A stretch of DNA of 64,000 nt, taken from assembly GCA_045541915.1 (NCBI GenBank), contig JAZQJZ010000039.1:13253-77252 (forward strand), in the 5' to 3' direction. This DNA is from Eubacteriales bacterium (GTDB lineage: Bacteria; Bacillota; Clostridia; Oscillospirales; SIG627). The notes under the pieces are model-generated. The model saw only the letters and a program-made list of their open reading frames with translations. It was not told the DNA's origin and did no database searches. The position numbers were made by a program, and so were the translations under genes. Positions 9,238-19,528 of the stretch are shown here, one piece after another. Numbering within the stretch: the stretch's first letter is position 1; the number at the start of each line of letters is the position of its first letter.

Positions 9238-9927
9238 ATGACAGACGAAAAAACACAGGAAATGCCGGGTCGTGAAGGGGCAGAGAGAAACGATATTCTG
9301 GAATTTGGAAAGATCATCACCGGCTCGGCGGAAAAAATTCAGACTTTGGTGATCGCCGGGCAGATCGAGGGGCACCAGACCCTGCCGCCTCCGGCCAAGG
9401 CCACCCGGTATGAGCACATTCTGCCACAGCTGGTTCTGGCGGAGGAGGATCCGGCGGTGGACGGGCTTTTGCTTCTGATCAATACGGTGGGAGGCGATGT
9501 GGAGGCCGGCCTTGCCATGGCCGAAATGATCCGGGGAATGACAAAACCCACCGTTTCTCTGGTGCTGGGCGGAGGACACTCCATCGGGATTCCCCTGGCG
9601 GTGGCGGCAAAAAAGTCCTTTATTGCTCCCAGCGCCACCATGACCGTGCACCCGGTACGGATCCAGGGTCTGGTTCTGGGCGTTCCCCAAAGCTTTGAAT
9701 ATTTAAAGCGAATGCAGGATCGCATTTGCGATTTTCTGGTGGAAAATTCTCACATCACCCGGGAGCGGCTTGACAGACTCATGGCCGGAAGAAGCGATTT
9801 TGCTACGGATATCGGCACCGTTTTGTGCGGCCGGGAGGCAGTGGAGGAGGGACTGATCGATTCTGTGGGCTCCTTTGCCTCGGCAACCTCTGCCCTGAAA
9901 GAAGCCATCAGAGCCGAAAAAGCTTGA
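9238..9927 (+). CDS. ClpP-fold protease-like protein (TepA-like)
   Basis: 229 aa. ClpP/SppA-fold pattern LLLINTVGGDVEAGLAMAEMI, with Ser in GGGHSIG and His in MTVHPV retained. Lies upstream of rny. Confidence 0.65.
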   Translation: MTDEKTQEMPGREGAERNDILEFGKIITGSAEKIQTLVIAGQIEGHQTLPPPAKATRYEHILPQLVLAEEDPAVDGLLLLINTVGGDVEAGLAMAEMIRGMTKPTVSLVLGGGHSIGIPLAVAAKKSFIAPSATMTVHPVRIQGLVLGVPQSFEYLKRMQDRICDFLVENSHITRERLDRLMAGRSDFATDIGTVLCGREAVEEGLIDSVGSFASATSALKEAIRAEKA

Positions 9928-9955
9928 CATTTTCAGCCTATTTGGTTCAAATCCC

Positions 9956-9985
9956 TTGACAAAAAAGGGCAGTTTGCGGTAAAAT
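9956..9985 (+). promoter_or_regulatory. sigma-A-type promoter candidate for rny
   Basis: TTGACA (9956-9961), 18-nt spacer, TAAAAT (9980-9985), about 95 nt upstream of the rny ATG. Confidence 0.5.
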
Positions 9986-10078
9986 AAAAGGGCGTATTGT
10001 AAAGTGCGTCATTATGAAATCTTTGATCCGATCCTACGGGGTCGTAATAACAAAACAAAGGAGGTGTGAGGTTACATA

Positions 10079-11635
10079 ATGGAATTGACACAGATCGAAA
10101 TCATCTTGTTGATTTTGGTTGCTGTTATGACACTGGTGATCGGTTTCTTCTGCGGTATGGTGTACCGCAAGCGCATTGCGGAAAAGAAAATCGGAACCGC
10201 CGAGGGTCAGGCTGTCAAAATCGTCGAAGAAGCGCGCCGTGCCGGCGAGCAAAAGAAAAAAGAACTTCTTCTGGAAGCAAAGGAAGAAGCCCTGAAAAAC
10301 AAGAACGAAGCAGAACGGGAAATCAAGGAACGCAGAAATGAAGTGTCCCGTCTGGAAAAAAGAGCCATCCAGAAGGAAGAAAATCTGGATCGCAAATTGG
10401 AAAATCTGGACCGCAAGGAGGAGGCTCTGGACCGCAAGCTGAAGGAAAATGAGGAAAAGGCTGCGGAATTGGAGCGTCTCTGCCAGGAAGAGATCCGCGT
10501 TCTGGAAAAGAGCGCCGGGATCACCGGAGAAGAAGCCAAGAACATTTTGTTCCAGCGCTATGAGGAGGATGCCAAGAGATCCGCCTCCATCCGCTTCCAG
10601 GAAATCGAACAGGAATTGAAGGAAAATGCCGAGGCGAAGGCAAGAGAGCTGATCACCGGCGCCATCCAGCGCATCGCCGCCAACCACGTGACGGAAGCCA
10701 CCGTTTCTGTGGTTGCCCTGCCCAATGACGATATGAAGGGCAGACTGATCGGTCGCGAGGGAAGAAACATTCGCACCATCGAGACTCTCACCGGGGTGGA
10801 TCTGATCATTGACGATACCCCCGAAGCCATCACCCTTTCCAGCTTTGATCCCATGCGTCGCGAGGTGGCAAAGCTCACCATTGAAAAATTGATGACCGAC
10901 GGGCGCATTCATCCTGCCCGCATTGAAGAGACCGTGGAAAAATCCCGCAAGGAAGTGGAAAGCACCATCAAGAGCGAGGGTGAGCAGGCAGTTCTCTCCT
11001 GCGGCATCCACAGCATGAACTCCGAATTGATCCGCCTTCTGGGCAGATTGAAATTCCGTACCAGCTACGGTCAGAACGTGCTGAAGCACTCTATTGAGGT
11101 GTCTTACATTGCCGGTATGATCGCAGACGAATTGGGAGTGGATCCCGCCCTGGCACGCAGAGCCGGTCTGCTTCACGATATCGGTAAGGCCTTAAGCCAT
11201 GAGGTGGAGGGCAGTCACACCCAGATCGGTGCTGATATTGCCAAGAAGTACCGTGAAAACCGCGATGTGATCCATGCCATCGAAGCCCACCATAACGATG
11301 TGGAGCCTCAAACCCTGGTGGCAGTGATCGTCCAGGCGGCCGATGCGGTTTCCGCAGCCCGTCCCGGCGCCAGAAGAGAAAATCTGGAATCTTATATCAA
11401 GCGGCTGCAGAAGCTGGAAGAGATCGCCAATTCCTACAACGGAGTGGAAAAATCCTTTGCCATTCAGGCCGGCCGCGAGCTGAGACTGATGGTGAAGCCC
11501 GACGTTGTCAACGATGAAAATATGGCCTTTATCGCCCACGACCTGGCACGGAAGATCGAAGCGGAGATGGAATATCCCGGTCAGATCAAGGTTCACGTGA
11601 TCCGTGAAAGCCGCGCGGTGGAATACGCCAAATAA
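10079..11635 (+). CDS. rny: ribonuclease Y
   Basis: 518 aa. N-terminal TM helix, Lys/Glu-rich coiled coil, KH domain ([12 protein letters not shown]), HD domain (LLHDIGK...HH). Confidence 0.95.
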   Translation: MELTQIEIILLILVAVMTLVIGFFCGMVYRKRIAEKKIGTAEGQAVKIVEEARRAGEQKKKELLLEAKEEALKNKNEAEREIKERRNEVSRLEKRAIQKEENLDRKLENLDRKEEALDRKLKENEEKAAELERLCQEEIRVLEKSAGITGEEAKNILFQRYEEDAKRSASIRFQEIEQELKENAEAKARELITGAIQRIAANHVTEATVSVVALPNDDMKGRLIGREGRNIRTIETLTGVDLIIDDTPEAITLSSFDPMRREVAKLTIEKLMTDGRIHPARIEETVEKSRKEVESTIKSEGEQAVLSCGIHSMNSELIRLLGRLKFRTSYGQNVLKHSIEVSYIAGMIADELGVDPALARRAGLLHDIGKALSHEVEGSHTQIGADIAKKYRENRDVIHAIEAHHNDVEPQTLVAVIVQAADAVSAARPGARRENLESYIKRLQKLEEIANSYNGVEKSFAIQAGRELRLMVKPDVVNDENMAFIAHDLARKIEAEMEYPGQIKVHVIRESRAVEYAK

Positions 11636-11657
11636 ACCAATTAGAAAAGAACAAGCC

Positions 11658-12458
11658 ATGAAAACACAAGCCTTTCGTTTGCTTGCACTGGGCGACGTTG
11701 TGGGGGAGAAAAGCACCCTCTTCCTGCGGCGGAACCTGCCCCGATTCCGGCATGAGATGAGAGCCGATCTTGTCATTGCCAACGGAGAGAATTCTTCCCG
11801 TCGGGGAGGAATCGACCGGGAAGGAGCAGAAATGCTCTTTGCCGCCGGAGTGGATCTGATTACCACGGGGAATCATGTTTTCAGGCAGAGAGACTTTTAC
11901 GACTTTCTGGACGGAGCAGGATCCCTGCTCCGTCCTTGTAATTTCCCTTCTGCCTGTCCCGGACAAGGGTTTACCATTCTTTCGGTCTCGGGCCTTCGGA
12001 TTCTGGTGATCAACGTCCAGGGAACCCTCTTTATGGATGCCCTTTTGCCCCCCTTTGAAACGGTGGAGAAGATCCTTTTGTCCCAGGAGGGAAAATTTGA
12101 CCTTGCCCTGTGCGATTTTCACGGAGAGGCCACCAGTGAGAAAAAGGCCTTTGCCTGCTATTTTGATTCTCGCATCCACGCCGTTTTCGGAACCCACACC
12201 CATGTTCCCACCGCCGACTGGCAGGTGCTCCCCGGCGGTACGGGGTATGTAACGGACCTGGGAATGTGCGGCTCTGCCGATTCGGTGCTGGGAATGAAAA
12301 AAAGCATTGCCATTGAAAAATTTTTAACCCATATGCCCACCCGGTATGAGGTGGGAGAAGGCCCGGTGGAGGCCACCGGCGCCCTGTTTGAAATGGATCC
12401 GGAACGGAAAATATGCCTTTCCGTTACCCCGGTGAAGATCACGGAACCGGAGTCATAA
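11658..12458 (+). CDS. ymdB: YmdB-family metallophosphoesterase (2',3'-cyclic-nucleotide phosphodiesterase-like)
   Basis: ATG at 11658 (MKTQAFRLLALGDVVG). Motifs GDVVG, GENS, GNH, DFHGEATSEK, GTHTHV. rny-ymdB order as in Bacillus. The track ORF start at 11604 overlaps rny and lacks an RBS. Confidence 0.85.
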   Translation: MKTQAFRLLALGDVVGEKSTLFLRRNLPRFRHEMRADLVIANGENSSRRGGIDREGAEMLFAAGVDLITTGNHVFRQRDFYDFLDGAGSLLRPCNFPSACPGQGFTILSVSGLRILVINVQGTLFMDALLPPFETVEKILLSQEGKFDLALCDFHGEATSEKKAFACYFDSRIHAVFGTHTHVPTADWQVLPGGTGYVTDLGMCGSADSVLGMKKSIAIEKFLTHMPTRYEVGEGPVEATGALFEMDPERKICLSVTPVKITEPES

Positions 12459-12516
12459 AAGCCATTCCGATTTGATACCGAAAAAGCTGTTAAAAAAGGA
12501 AAAAAAGGATAACCCT

Positions 12517-15500
12517 ATGCTTCTTCTTTCCTGCCTGAGAAAGGAAAAGGATTTTGCGCCTCTCCTTTCCGCCTTGAAAAAAGAGAAGAAACCGGTACTG
12601 GTCACGGGAATTGCCTCCTCTCTTCGGCTTCTCTTCCCCGGCGCCGTACTTCTTGCCACCGGCGAAAAAGCGCTGATCCTGCTCCCCGGCGAAACCGAAG
12701 CCGCAGAGTGGGCCGGTGCCCTGTCGTCGGTCTTTCCGCGTACCTATTTTTTTCCGGCAAGGGATTTTTCCCTGGTTCGGGTGGATTCCTCCAGCCGTGA
12801 TTTCTCCCTCCAGAGGCTGAAGGTTCTGTCTGCGGTTGCCGCCGGGAATTTTGACTGTGTGGTCACCACCGTGGAGGCCGCCTGTCAAGCCACCCTCCCC
12901 CGGGATGTGATGGCAAAGCTCTCCCGCACCCTTTCCGTGGGGGAAACCCTTCCCAAGGAGGAAATTCTGGCCTTTCTTCTGGAGGCCGGCTACCGGGAAA
13001 CAGATCGGGTGGAGGGGCCGGGTCAGTTTGCTACCCGCGGCGATATTATCGATGTCTTTCTGGCCGGGGAGGAAAAGCCCGTCAGAATGGAACTGTTTGG
13101 GGACGAGATCGACGCCATGGGCAGCTTTGATCTCCTTACTCAAAGAAGAATTGAAAACCTTTCCTCTGTTACCCTCACCCCGGCAGAGGAGATCACCTTT
13201 TCTGCCTCTGACCGAGCCATCATTTCTGACTTTTTAAAGGAAGAGATGGAAAAGAGCGCCCCGTCAGAAAAAGAAAAAAGAGTGTTCATCCGGGATCTGC
13301 TGGACCGAATGGAAAACGGAATGGATTTCGCCAGGGATCTGTTTTTGCCCCTGGTCTACCGATTTTCCACCCTTCTGGACTATTTCCGGGAGGAAACGGT
13401 GTTCCTTTATGAGCAAGGGAACGCCCGGGAGGCCCTGCGCGTGGCAGAGGGCTTTCTTCAGGAGGAGCTTTCTGCTCTCTATGAAGACAACAAGACCCTC
13501 CTTCCGCCAAAGCATCTCCGCCTTCTGGAATCCTTTGACGACCTTGCCGCCCGTCTTTCCGGCTTTCGCACCGTCTTAATGGAAAACTTTTTTGCCGGAA
13601 AAAGTCAAATTCCCCCCAGCGGCATTTTTTCCTTCCGCACCCGTACCTCCGCGGTAGGCTTTCAGGATCTGCCCCGTTTTTCCGAAACCCTTTCCGGCTT
13701 AAGAGAGGATGGTTATAAAACCCTTGTTTTGTGTGAAAATTCCATGGCGGCCCGGAATCTGGAGCAGTATTTTACCCAGAAGGGGGCATCCGCCACGGTT
13801 CTCACCGGCCGGGAGGAAATTTCCCTTTCCGGGATCGTGGGTATTCTGCCTCGCAGCGCCCCGGGAGGAGAGATGATCCGGGAGGGCTTTGAGCTGGCAG
13901 ATTCCAAATTTGCCCTGTTGTGCGACTTTTCCGGAAAAACCGTCAAAAAGAGAAAAAAGAACCAAAGTCCCGTAAAAGAAAGCGCCAAGGAGAAAATCCT
14001 TTCCTATACCGATCTTTCGGTGGGGGATTATGTGGTCCATTCCGGTCACGGAATCGGCTTGTTTTCCGGAGTGGAAAAGCTCCGGGGAGCCGACGGCACC
14101 CAAAAGGATTTTATTAAGATCGCCTATGCCGGAACGGACGTGCTTTATGTGCCCTGCTCCAATCTGGACTCGGTTTCCAAATACATTGGCCCCAAAAGCG
14201 ATTCCGCCAACTTAAAATTGCATAAATTGGGCGGTGCAGAGTGGCACAAGGCCAAAAGCCGCGCAAAAAAAAGCGCTAAGGACATTGCAAAAAAACTGAC
14301 GCTTCTGTATGCCCAGCGCCAGAAAATGAAGGGCTATGCCTTCTCTCCCGATACCCCCTGGCAAGGGGAGTTTGAGGACGCCTTTCCCTATGGGGAGACC
14401 GAGGGTCAGCTTCGGGCCACCCGGGAGATCAAGGAGGATATGGAAAAACCCGTTCCCATGGACCGGCTCCTCTGCGGCGATGTGGGCTTCGGCAAGACCG
14501 AGGTGGCACTGCGCGGCGTGTTCAAGTGTGTGATGGATTCCAAGCAGGCGGCCATTCTGGTGCCCACCACCATTCTGGCCTGGCAGCATTATCAAACGAT
14601 TCTTTCCCGGTTTAAAGGGTATCCGGTGCGCATTGAAATGCTCTCCCGGTTCCGCACCAAAAAGGAACAGGCGGAAATTCTGAAAAGGACCGCCGCCGGA
14701 GAGATCGACATTCTGGTGGGAACCCATCGGCTTCTTCAGCCGGACGTGGTCTTTCCCCATCTGGGCTTTCTTGTGATCGATGAGGAGCAGCGCTTTGGCG
14801 TCACCCACAAGGAGCGCTTAAAGGAGATTTCCCAAGGGGTGGATGTGCTCACCCTCACCGCCACTCCCATTCCCAGAACCCTGAATATGGCCCTTGGGGG
14901 CATTAAGGATATGAGCCTTCTGGAGGAGGCGCCGGAGGATCGGCTCCCGGTGCAGACCTATGTGCTGGAGTTTAACCGGGGTCTTTTGGATGAGGCCATC
15001 CGGAGAGAGCTTCGCCGTGGCGGCCAGGTCTTCTATCTTCACAACAATATTGAGGAATTGGAAGGGCGGATCCCCTCCCTTCAAAGAAGCTTTCCCGATG
15101 CCAATATTGCCCTTGCCCACGGAAAAATGGACAAGGACTCCCTTTCCGATGTGTGGAAGGAGATGATGGATCATAACATTGACATTCTCCTTTGTACCAC
15201 CATCATCGAAACGGGCGTGGATCTGCCCGACGCCAACACGCTCATTGTAGAAAACGCCGATCACTTCGGTCTCTCCCAGCTGCATCAGATCCGCGGCCGG
15301 GTGGGTAGATCCGACCGAAAGGCCTATGCGTATTTCACCTACCGCCGGGGTAAAATGCTCTCGGAGATCTCCGTGAAGCGCCTGGAGGCCATCCGGGAAT
15401 ACACCCGGTTTGGCTCCGGCTTTCAGATCGCCCTGCGGGACCTGGAGATCCGGGGCGCCGGCAATCTTTTGGGCGCGGAGCAATCCGGCCATCTTGACAG

Positions 15501-16032
15501 CGTAGGGTATGATATGTTTATGAAGATCCTTTCCGATGCCGTGCTGGAGGAAAGGGGTGAAAAGGGGAAGGAAAAGACCGACTGTACCGTGGATCTGGCG
15601 CTGGACGGCTTCATTCCCGAGTCCTATGTGCCCACTCCCTCCACCCGAATGGATCTGTATCGGAAGATCGCCTCGCTGAAAACCCAGGAGGACGCGCTGG
15701 ATCTGACCGATGAAATGCTGGATCGCTTCGGAGATGTGCCCAGAAGCGTGAGAAACCTGTTTTCCGTGGCCCTGCTTCGGGCCCTGGCGGAGGAAGTTTT
15801 GTGTGAAAAGATCACCCAGCGGCAGAAAAAGGTCACCTTTACCTTCTCTTCTGTGAAGGAGGAGGCTCTGGTGCTTCTGTCTGCGGTGTATGCCTCCCGG
15901 CTCACCCTTTCCTTTGGCGGAAAACCGGGCGTAACTCTGACCTTAAATGAAAAAGAAAGCATCCTGGAGCAGTGTCGTGCTCTGCTTTCCCACCTGCAAG
16001 GCTTTTTGCAAGATCTGGAAAAAAGCGAATAA
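12517..16032 (+). CDS. mfd: transcription-repair coupling factor Mfd
   Basis: About 1171 aa from ATG 12517. CarD-like domain (DYVVHSGHGIG), helicase motifs GDVGFGKTEVA and VIDEEQRFG, and HQIRGRVGR. Confidence 0.95.
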   Translation: MLLLSCLRKEKDFAPLLSALKKEKKPVLVTGIASSLRLLFPGAVLLATGEKALILLPGETEAAEWAGALSSVFPRTYFFPARDFSLVRVDSSSRDFSLQRLKVLSAVAAGNFDCVVTTVEAACQATLPRDVMAKLSRTLSVGETLPKEEILAFLLEAGYRETDRVEGPGQFATRGDIIDVFLAGEEKPVRMELFGDEIDAMGSFDLLTQRRIENLSSVTLTPAEEITFSASDRAIISDFLKEEMEKSAPSEKEKRVFIRDLLDRMENGMDFARDLFLPLVYRFSTLLDYFREETVFLYEQGNAREALRVAEGFLQEELSALYEDNKTLLPPKHLRLLESFDDLAARLSGFRTVLMENFFAGKSQIPPSGIFSFRTRTSAVGFQDLPRFSETLSGLREDGYKTLVLCENSMAARNLEQYFTQKGASATVLTGREEISLSGIVGILPRSAPGGEMIREGFELADSKFALLCDFSGKTVKKRKKNQSPVKESAKEKILSYTDLSVGDYVVHSGHGIGLFSGVEKLRGADGTQKDFIKIAYAGTDVLYVPCSNLDSVSKYIGPKSDSANLKLHKLGGAEWHKAKSRAKKSAKDIAKKLTLLYAQRQKMKGYAFSPDTPWQGEFEDAFPYGETEGQLRATREIKEDMEKPVPMDRLLCGDVGFGKTEVALRGVFKCVMDSKQAAILVPTTILAWQHYQTILSRFKGYPVRIEMLSRFRTKKEQAEILKRTAAGEIDILVGTHRLLQPDVVFPHLGFLVIDEEQRFGVTHKERLKEISQGVDVLTLTATPIPRTLNMALGGIKDMSLLEEAPEDRLPVQTYVLEFNRGLLDEAIRRELRRGGQVFYLHNNIEELEGRIPSLQRSFPDANIALAHGKMDKDSLSDVWKEMMDHNIDILLCTTIIETGVDLPDANTLIVENADHFGLSQLHQIRGRVGRSDRKAYAYFTYRRGKMLSEISVKRLEAIREYTRFGSGFQIALRDLEIRGAGNLLGAEQSGHLDSVGYDMFMKILSDAVLEERGEKGKEKTDCTVDLALDGFIPESYVPTPSTRMDLYRKIASLKTQEDALDLTDEMLDRFGDVPRSVRNLFSVALLRALAEEVLCEKITQRQKKVTFTFSSVKEEALVLLSAVYASRLTLSFGGKPGVTLTLNEKESILEQCRALLSHLQGFLQDLEKSE

Positions 16033-16055
16033 ATTTACCGAAAGGATTTCCCGTT

Positions 16056-17138
16056 ATGAAAAAAACTCTGTTTCGCTCTGTTCTGTTCCTTTTGATCGTG
16101 GCTTTGATGGCACCTGTTTTTTCCGGATGCGGTCCGGAAAGCGCCCGTGCCTGCATTTCCTATGGGGACTATCAGGTGAGCCGCGCTACCTATCTGTACC
16201 TTTGCAGCTCCACTAAGACCGAATATCTCTATGAGGCCTATGGGGTGGATTCCTCCACCGTGACTGCCGGTCAGTTGACGGATAAGGAGGTCATCTGGAA
16301 GGCAGTGGCTGCCGACGGTACCACCGCCGGGGATGCCTTGAAGTCCGAGGTTCTGGAATCCTTGGAGCTGTATCTTTATTTCCGCCAGTATGCCAAGGAT
16401 CAGGGGTATGAGCTGAATGCTGAGCAGATCAAAATGGTCAAGAACGAATTTGACTCCATGGTGGCGGAAAACTTTGGAGATAAGAAAAAATTCAATGAGT
16501 ACCTTTCCAAGTACGGCTCTAATTATGACGAACTTTTGGAATACAACATGATCCAGGTCCATGCCTATCAGGGCGAGCAGCTTCTCTTTGGAGAGGGCGG
16601 CTCTATGGCCGTCAGCCAGGATAGTGCCAAGAAGTATTTTGATAAGAATTACATCACCGCAGAGTGTCTGTTTATCAACACCTCCTCCAAGACCTATCCC
16701 AACGGCAAGGTGGTGATCCTGCCGGAGGAGGAAAAGAAGGAGAAGGAGGATCTGGTCCATTCTCTGGAAGCGAAAATTCGTGCCGGAGAGGATTTTGCCT
16801 CTCTTGCCGTGGCCCATTCCGATCTTGCCGTGACCGAGGAGGAGGCTGCCCGTGGCTTTACCTTCTCTGCCGGTGGCTTTGTCAATGAAAAAGCGGAAGA
16901 AGCAGCCTTTGCTGCCAAGGAGGGAGAGTTGGTTCGGGTGGATACGGAAAAGGGAAGCTATCTGATCCGCCGCAAGGCGCTGGATCAGTCCTATTATGCC
17001 GAAGCCAGCGAAGACATTCTGGATCTTCTGAAGAATGCCAAAAAAGCCTCTCTTGTGGCCGATCACCTGGAGGATTTCAAATTGGACGAGGACTTCTTAA
17101 ACGGAGTTGATATTTCCGCCATTCCTCATTTGGTGTAA
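16056..17138 (+). CDS. PpiC/PrsA-like lipoprotein (putative foldase)
   Basis: ATG 16056 with signal peptide and lipobox VFSGCG. SurA-N-like helical region and a degenerate parvulin-like C-terminal segment (FASLAVAHSD...GSYLIRRK). Confidence 0.55.
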   Translation: MKKTLFRSVLFLLIVALMAPVFSGCGPESARACISYGDYQVSRATYLYLCSSTKTEYLYEAYGVDSSTVTAGQLTDKEVIWKAVAADGTTAGDALKSEVLESLELYLYFRQYAKDQGYELNAEQIKMVKNEFDSMVAENFGDKKKFNEYLSKYGSNYDELLEYNMIQVHAYQGEQLLFGEGGSMAVSQDSAKKYFDKNYITAECLFINTSSKTYPNGKVVILPEEEKKEKEDLVHSLEAKIRAGEDFASLAVAHSDLAVTEEEAARGFTFSAGGFVNEKAEEAAFAAKEGELVRVDTEKGSYLIRRKALDQSYYAEASEDILDLLKNAKKASLVADHLEDFKLDEDFLNGVDISAIPHLV

Positions 17139-17162
17139 GAGAAGGGCCCGGACAAGTTTCTA

Positions 17163-17191
17163 TTGCAATTATTTGAAAAATATGTTACAAT
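17163..17191 (+). promoter_or_regulatory. sigma-A-type promoter for the two-component operon
   Basis: TTGCAA (17163-17168), 17-nt spacer ending in TGT, TACAAT (17186-17191). Confidence 0.6.
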
Positions 17192-17259
17192 CGTATGAAA
17201 AGAGGGAAAAAAGTCGAAGTCCCGTTCCCTTGGATCAGTAACGAGAAAGGAAGCGTTCC

Positions 17260-17946
17260 ATGGCAAACAAAATTCTTGTTGTAGATGACGATTTGAATAT
17301 TTGCGAAGTATTAAAGTTTTATTTGGAAAACGACGGATATGAAGTCAAGTGCGCAAACGATGGCGCGGAGGCGGTGGAGGTCTTCAAGATTTACGAGCCG
17401 GATCTGGTTTTGCTTGACATTATGATGCCCAAAAAGGACGGCTGGCAGGTTTGCCGTGAGATTCGCGAGATCAGCGCAAAGCCGGTGATCATGCTTTCCG
17501 CCAAGGGAGAGGTGTTCGATAAGGTTTTGGGTCTGGAATTGGGCGCGGATGACTTTATTGTAAAGCCCTTTGATATGAAAGAGGTTGCCGCCAGGATCAA
17601 GGCGGTGCTCCGTCGGTATAACAGCCGGGACAAGTTCAATACCGATGAGGTCATCAAGTTCGATAATCTTGAGATCTCCAAGCAGAAATACGAATTGAAG
17701 CTTTGCGGCAAGGTAGTGGATGTTCCCCCCAAGGAGCTGGAGCTTTTGTACTTCCTCACCTCCAATTATAACCGGGTGTTCACCCGTGATCAGCTTCTGG
17801 ATAAGGTTTGGGGCTTTGACTACCTGGGCGATTCCAGAACGGTGGATGTGCACGTGAAGCGCCTCCGCGAAAAGCTGGAAGGTGTCAGCGACAAATGGAT
17901 CTTGAAAACGGTCTGGGGCGTAGGATATAAGTTCGAATTGCTCTGA
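17260..17946 (+). CDS. OmpR-family response regulator
   Basis: 228 aa. Receiver domain (VDDD...LLDIMMP...K) and winged-helix output (RTVDVHVKRLREKL...VWGVGYKF). Confidence 0.9.
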   Translation: MANKILVVDDDLNICEVLKFYLENDGYEVKCANDGAEAVEVFKIYEPDLVLLDIMMPKKDGWQVCREIREISAKPVIMLSAKGEVFDKVLGLELGADDFIVKPFDMKEVAARIKAVLRRYNSRDKFNTDEVIKFDNLEISKQKYELKLCGKVVDVPPKELELLYFLTSNYNRVFTRDQLLDKVWGFDYLGDSRTVDVHVKRLREKLEGVSDKWILKTVWGVGYKFELL

Positions 17947-18052
17947 CCTTCCCTGGCGAGAACACGCAGGGCAAATCTGGTTTTTCTTTGGACCTGCGTT
18001 CTTCTTTGGGGAGAGCGCAGGCCCTTTTTATCTCTAATTTGCAGGTTTTGTT

Positions 18053-19495
18053 ATGAAAACACAACGATACACCCGATACGCGATCCTGTTTTTTGTCCTG
18101 TTTTTCTCCCTGGCGGCGATCCTTGGCGCTTTTTTGAGCGTTTCTTTGAAATCGTACGCAAGACAGGAGAAGGAGGAGGAGCTGGAAAGTCGCGCCCGGA
18201 GCATTCAGCAGAGCATCACTGCCATGATCAGCCTCACCCAGCAGGATTTTCAGTATCTTCTGGACAATGAAAGCCACCTGCTTTATGAAATGCTGGCCAG
18301 CCAGCGGGGCGGTGGAGAGGTGGAGCTTTTTATCACGGACCAAACCGGTACCATTCTCATTTCCGCTCCCTATAGCGGCAGCGACGATGTTTCCTTTGAC
18401 GAAATGACCCTTGCCACGGAAAAAGCCCGCGCCGACCTTTCCTTTGAATCCGATTTGGGCGGGATCTATGACAAGGCCCGTCTGATCCGCGTGGTGCTTT
18501 TGGAAAAGGAGTTTTCCGATTCCCGTCTGCAGAGAGTGGGCGCCGTGTTTCTCTCTGTTCCCATTCAAACCCAGTCACCCCTTCTTTCTAATGTGCGATC
18601 GGGGCTTTTGATGGGCTTTTTCTTCCTGGTTTTGCTCACCGGCGCGTGCATTATTTGGATCGATCGGGAGATCCTTCGTCCCTTAAAATGGCTGGATGAG
18701 GCGGCAGAGAGCTTTGCCAAGGGGGATTTTTCCAAGCGTTTGCCGGAACACGGCGGTACGATCACTCCGCTTTTGAGAGCATATAATGAAATGGCGGAAA
18801 AGGTGGAGAAAAATGAGACCCTCCATCAGACCTTCATTTCCAACGTGTCCCACGATCTGCGCACTCCCTTGACTACCATCGGCGGTTTTGTGCAGAATAT
18901 GATGCAGGGGACCATTCCTCCGGATCGGATGGATCACTATTACCGGATCATTTTAGATGAGGTGAACCGTCTTTCCCGTCTGGTGCAGACCCTTTTGGAA
19001 ACCAGCCGGATGACCGCCGGAGAGAGAAAATATCATTTTGTCCCCACGGATATTTGTGAGTTGGGACGCATCACCCTCCTTTCCTTTGAAAAAAGGCTGG
19101 AGGAAAAAGGAATCCAGGTCTCCTTCGAGGCCACGGAGGATTCCATGACTGTTCGCGCCGATCAGGACGCCATCTGCCAGGTGATCTACAATCTTCTGGA
19201 CAATGCCATCAAATTTACTCCCGAAGATGGCTCTCTTTCCATTGACATTACCCGGGAAGAGAAAAAGGTGTTCTTTGCCGTGACCAATTCCGGCGACGGG
19301 ATTCCGGAGGAGGAGGTGGCACACCTGTTCGACCGCTTCTATAAATCCGACCGAAGCCGCGGTCTGGATAAAAAGGGAATGGGACTTGGCCTTTTCATTG
19401 CCAAATCCATTGTCAGCGCCCACGGAGAAGAAATTTGGGTGGAAAGCGAAGAAAAGAGATATACCCGATTCATTTTCAGTTTGTCCTTGATATAA
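18053..19495 (+). CDS. sensor histidine kinase
   Basis: 480 aa. Two TM segments flanking an extracytoplasmic domain, HAMP, H-box SNVSHDLRTPLTTI, N-box DNAIKFT, G-box GMGLGLFIAKSIV. Confidence 0.9.
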   Translation: MKTQRYTRYAILFFVLFFSLAAILGAFLSVSLKSYARQEKEEELESRARSIQQSITAMISLTQQDFQYLLDNESHLLYEMLASQRGGGEVELFITDQTGTILISAPYSGSDDVSFDEMTLATEKARADLSFESDLGGIYDKARLIRVVLLEKEFSDSRLQRVGAVFLSVPIQTQSPLLSNVRSGLLMGFFFLVLLTGACIIWIDREILRPLKWLDEAAESFAKGDFSKRLPEHGGTITPLLRAYNEMAEKVEKNETLHQTFISNVSHDLRTPLTTIGGFVQNMMQGTIPPDRMDHYYRIILDEVNRLSRLVQTLLETSRMTAGERKYHFVPTDICELGRITLLSFEKRLEEKGIQVSFEATEDSMTVRADQDAICQVIYNLLDNAIKFTPEDGSLSIDITREEKKVFFAVTNSGDGIPEEEVAHLFDRFYKSDRSRGLDKKGMGLGLFIAKSIVSAHGEEIWVESEEKRYTRFIFSLSLI

Positions 19496-19528
19496 ACGAA
19501 AATAGGTCCGATCAAAGGATGTGGTAAT

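Noticed and set aside
9238-9927. Calling this gene canonical clpP
   Set aside because: The N-terminal ~50 residues and overall spacing differ from ClpP, and the context (upstream of rny) fits the TepA-like ClpP-fold paralogues. I kept the call as ClpP-fold or TepA-like only.
11604-16055. Longer N-terminal extensions offered by the ORF track for ymdB (11604), mfd (12472) and the PrsA-like gene (15972). The same issue arises at 23560, 24251, 41694, 49087, 52117, 52878 and 57643.
   Set aside because: The extensions overlap upstream genes or lack an RBS, and the extra residues do not match the family N-termini. Internal ATGs preceded by GGAG-type RBSs give canonical N-termini or signal peptides.
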